From: the human T2T-CHM13v2.0 reference genome, Homo sapiens
Length of the DNA stretch: 64,000 bases
Assembly (NCBI RefSeq): GCF_009914755.1
Contig: NC_060942.1
Reading direction: 5' to 3' (one strand)
Shown: piece by piece, positions 63,394 through 64,000 of the stretch
Numbering within the stretch: the stretch's first letter is position 1
Layout of the letters: each line of letters starts with the position of its first letter
Translations under genes and position numbers: made by a program
The notes under the pieces: model-generated
Databases searched by the model: none
Seen by the model: the letters and a program-made list of their open reading frames with translations, nothing else
Told to the model about the DNA's origin: nothing

Positions 63394-64000
63394 TTAGCCA
63401 GGTACAGTGGCACATGCCTGTGGTCCTAATTCCTGGGGAGGCTAGGGTGGGAGGATCACTTGAGCTCTGGATGTGGAGGTTGCAGTGAGCTGAGATTGCA
63501 CCACTGTACTCCAGCCTTGGCGACAGAGCGAGACCCTGTCTATAGAGAAAGAGACAGAGACAGAGAGAGAAAGAGAGAGATATGGTGGGGGGCGGGAAGA
63601 GGGGGTCTTGTTATGTTGCCCAGGTTGGCCTCTAACTCCTGACTTCAAGCGATCCTCCTGCCTTCGCCTCCTGTGTAGCTGGGATTATAGGTGTGAGCCA
63701 CTACACCCGGCTCTGGAAGCATGTGTTTTACAAGCATTCTCAGCTGGGCGTGGTGGCTCATGCCTGTGATCCGAGAACTTTGGGAGGCTGGGGTAGGAAG
63801 ACCGCTTAAGGTTCAAGACCAGCCTGGGCAACACGGTGAAACCCTGTCTCTACAAAAGATTTTTAAAAATTAGCCAGGTACAGTGGCGCACGCGTATAGT
63901 TCTAGGTGGAAGGATCTGTTGTGCCCAGACGTTCAAGGCTGCAGTGAGCTATGAGGGCCCCACTGCACTCCAGCATGGGTGAAAGAGTGAGATCCTGTAT

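Overview
Human genomic DNA; the L1HS-Ta element in it is human-specific. The window lies inside OSBPL1A (ORP1L, oxysterol-binding-protein-like 1A; chromosome 18q11 from recalled knowledge) on the minus strand. Ten coding exons (probably exons 5-14, 892 nt) all have GT-AG boundaries and splice in one continuous frame, covering ankyrin repeats, the PH domain and the following helical linker. The remainder is intron, dense in Alus, with L1, L2, MIR, LTR (MER41A, THE1, MLT1, MER4, ERVL-int) and DNA transposon (MER85, MER82, MER3, MER33, MER47) relics, plus MIR320C2, which looks like a retrocopy of pre-miR-320. The most striking structure is a ~1.2-kb young L1HS Ta-1 insertion at 27734-28952. It sits in the linker of a host Alu, is 5'-inverted by twin priming, and carries two serial 3' transductions with three poly(A) tails, which records three successive jumps. 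Other notable items are a 105-bp, 95%-identical inverted duplication upstream of exon 6, a tailless Alu, an Alu-Alu unit with one shared TSD, a MER85 with an intact PGBD3 palindrome, and a candidate internal first exon. No prokaryotic-type or wholly new protein-coding system is supported. Repeat family names come from recalled consensus sequences, not from a database run.
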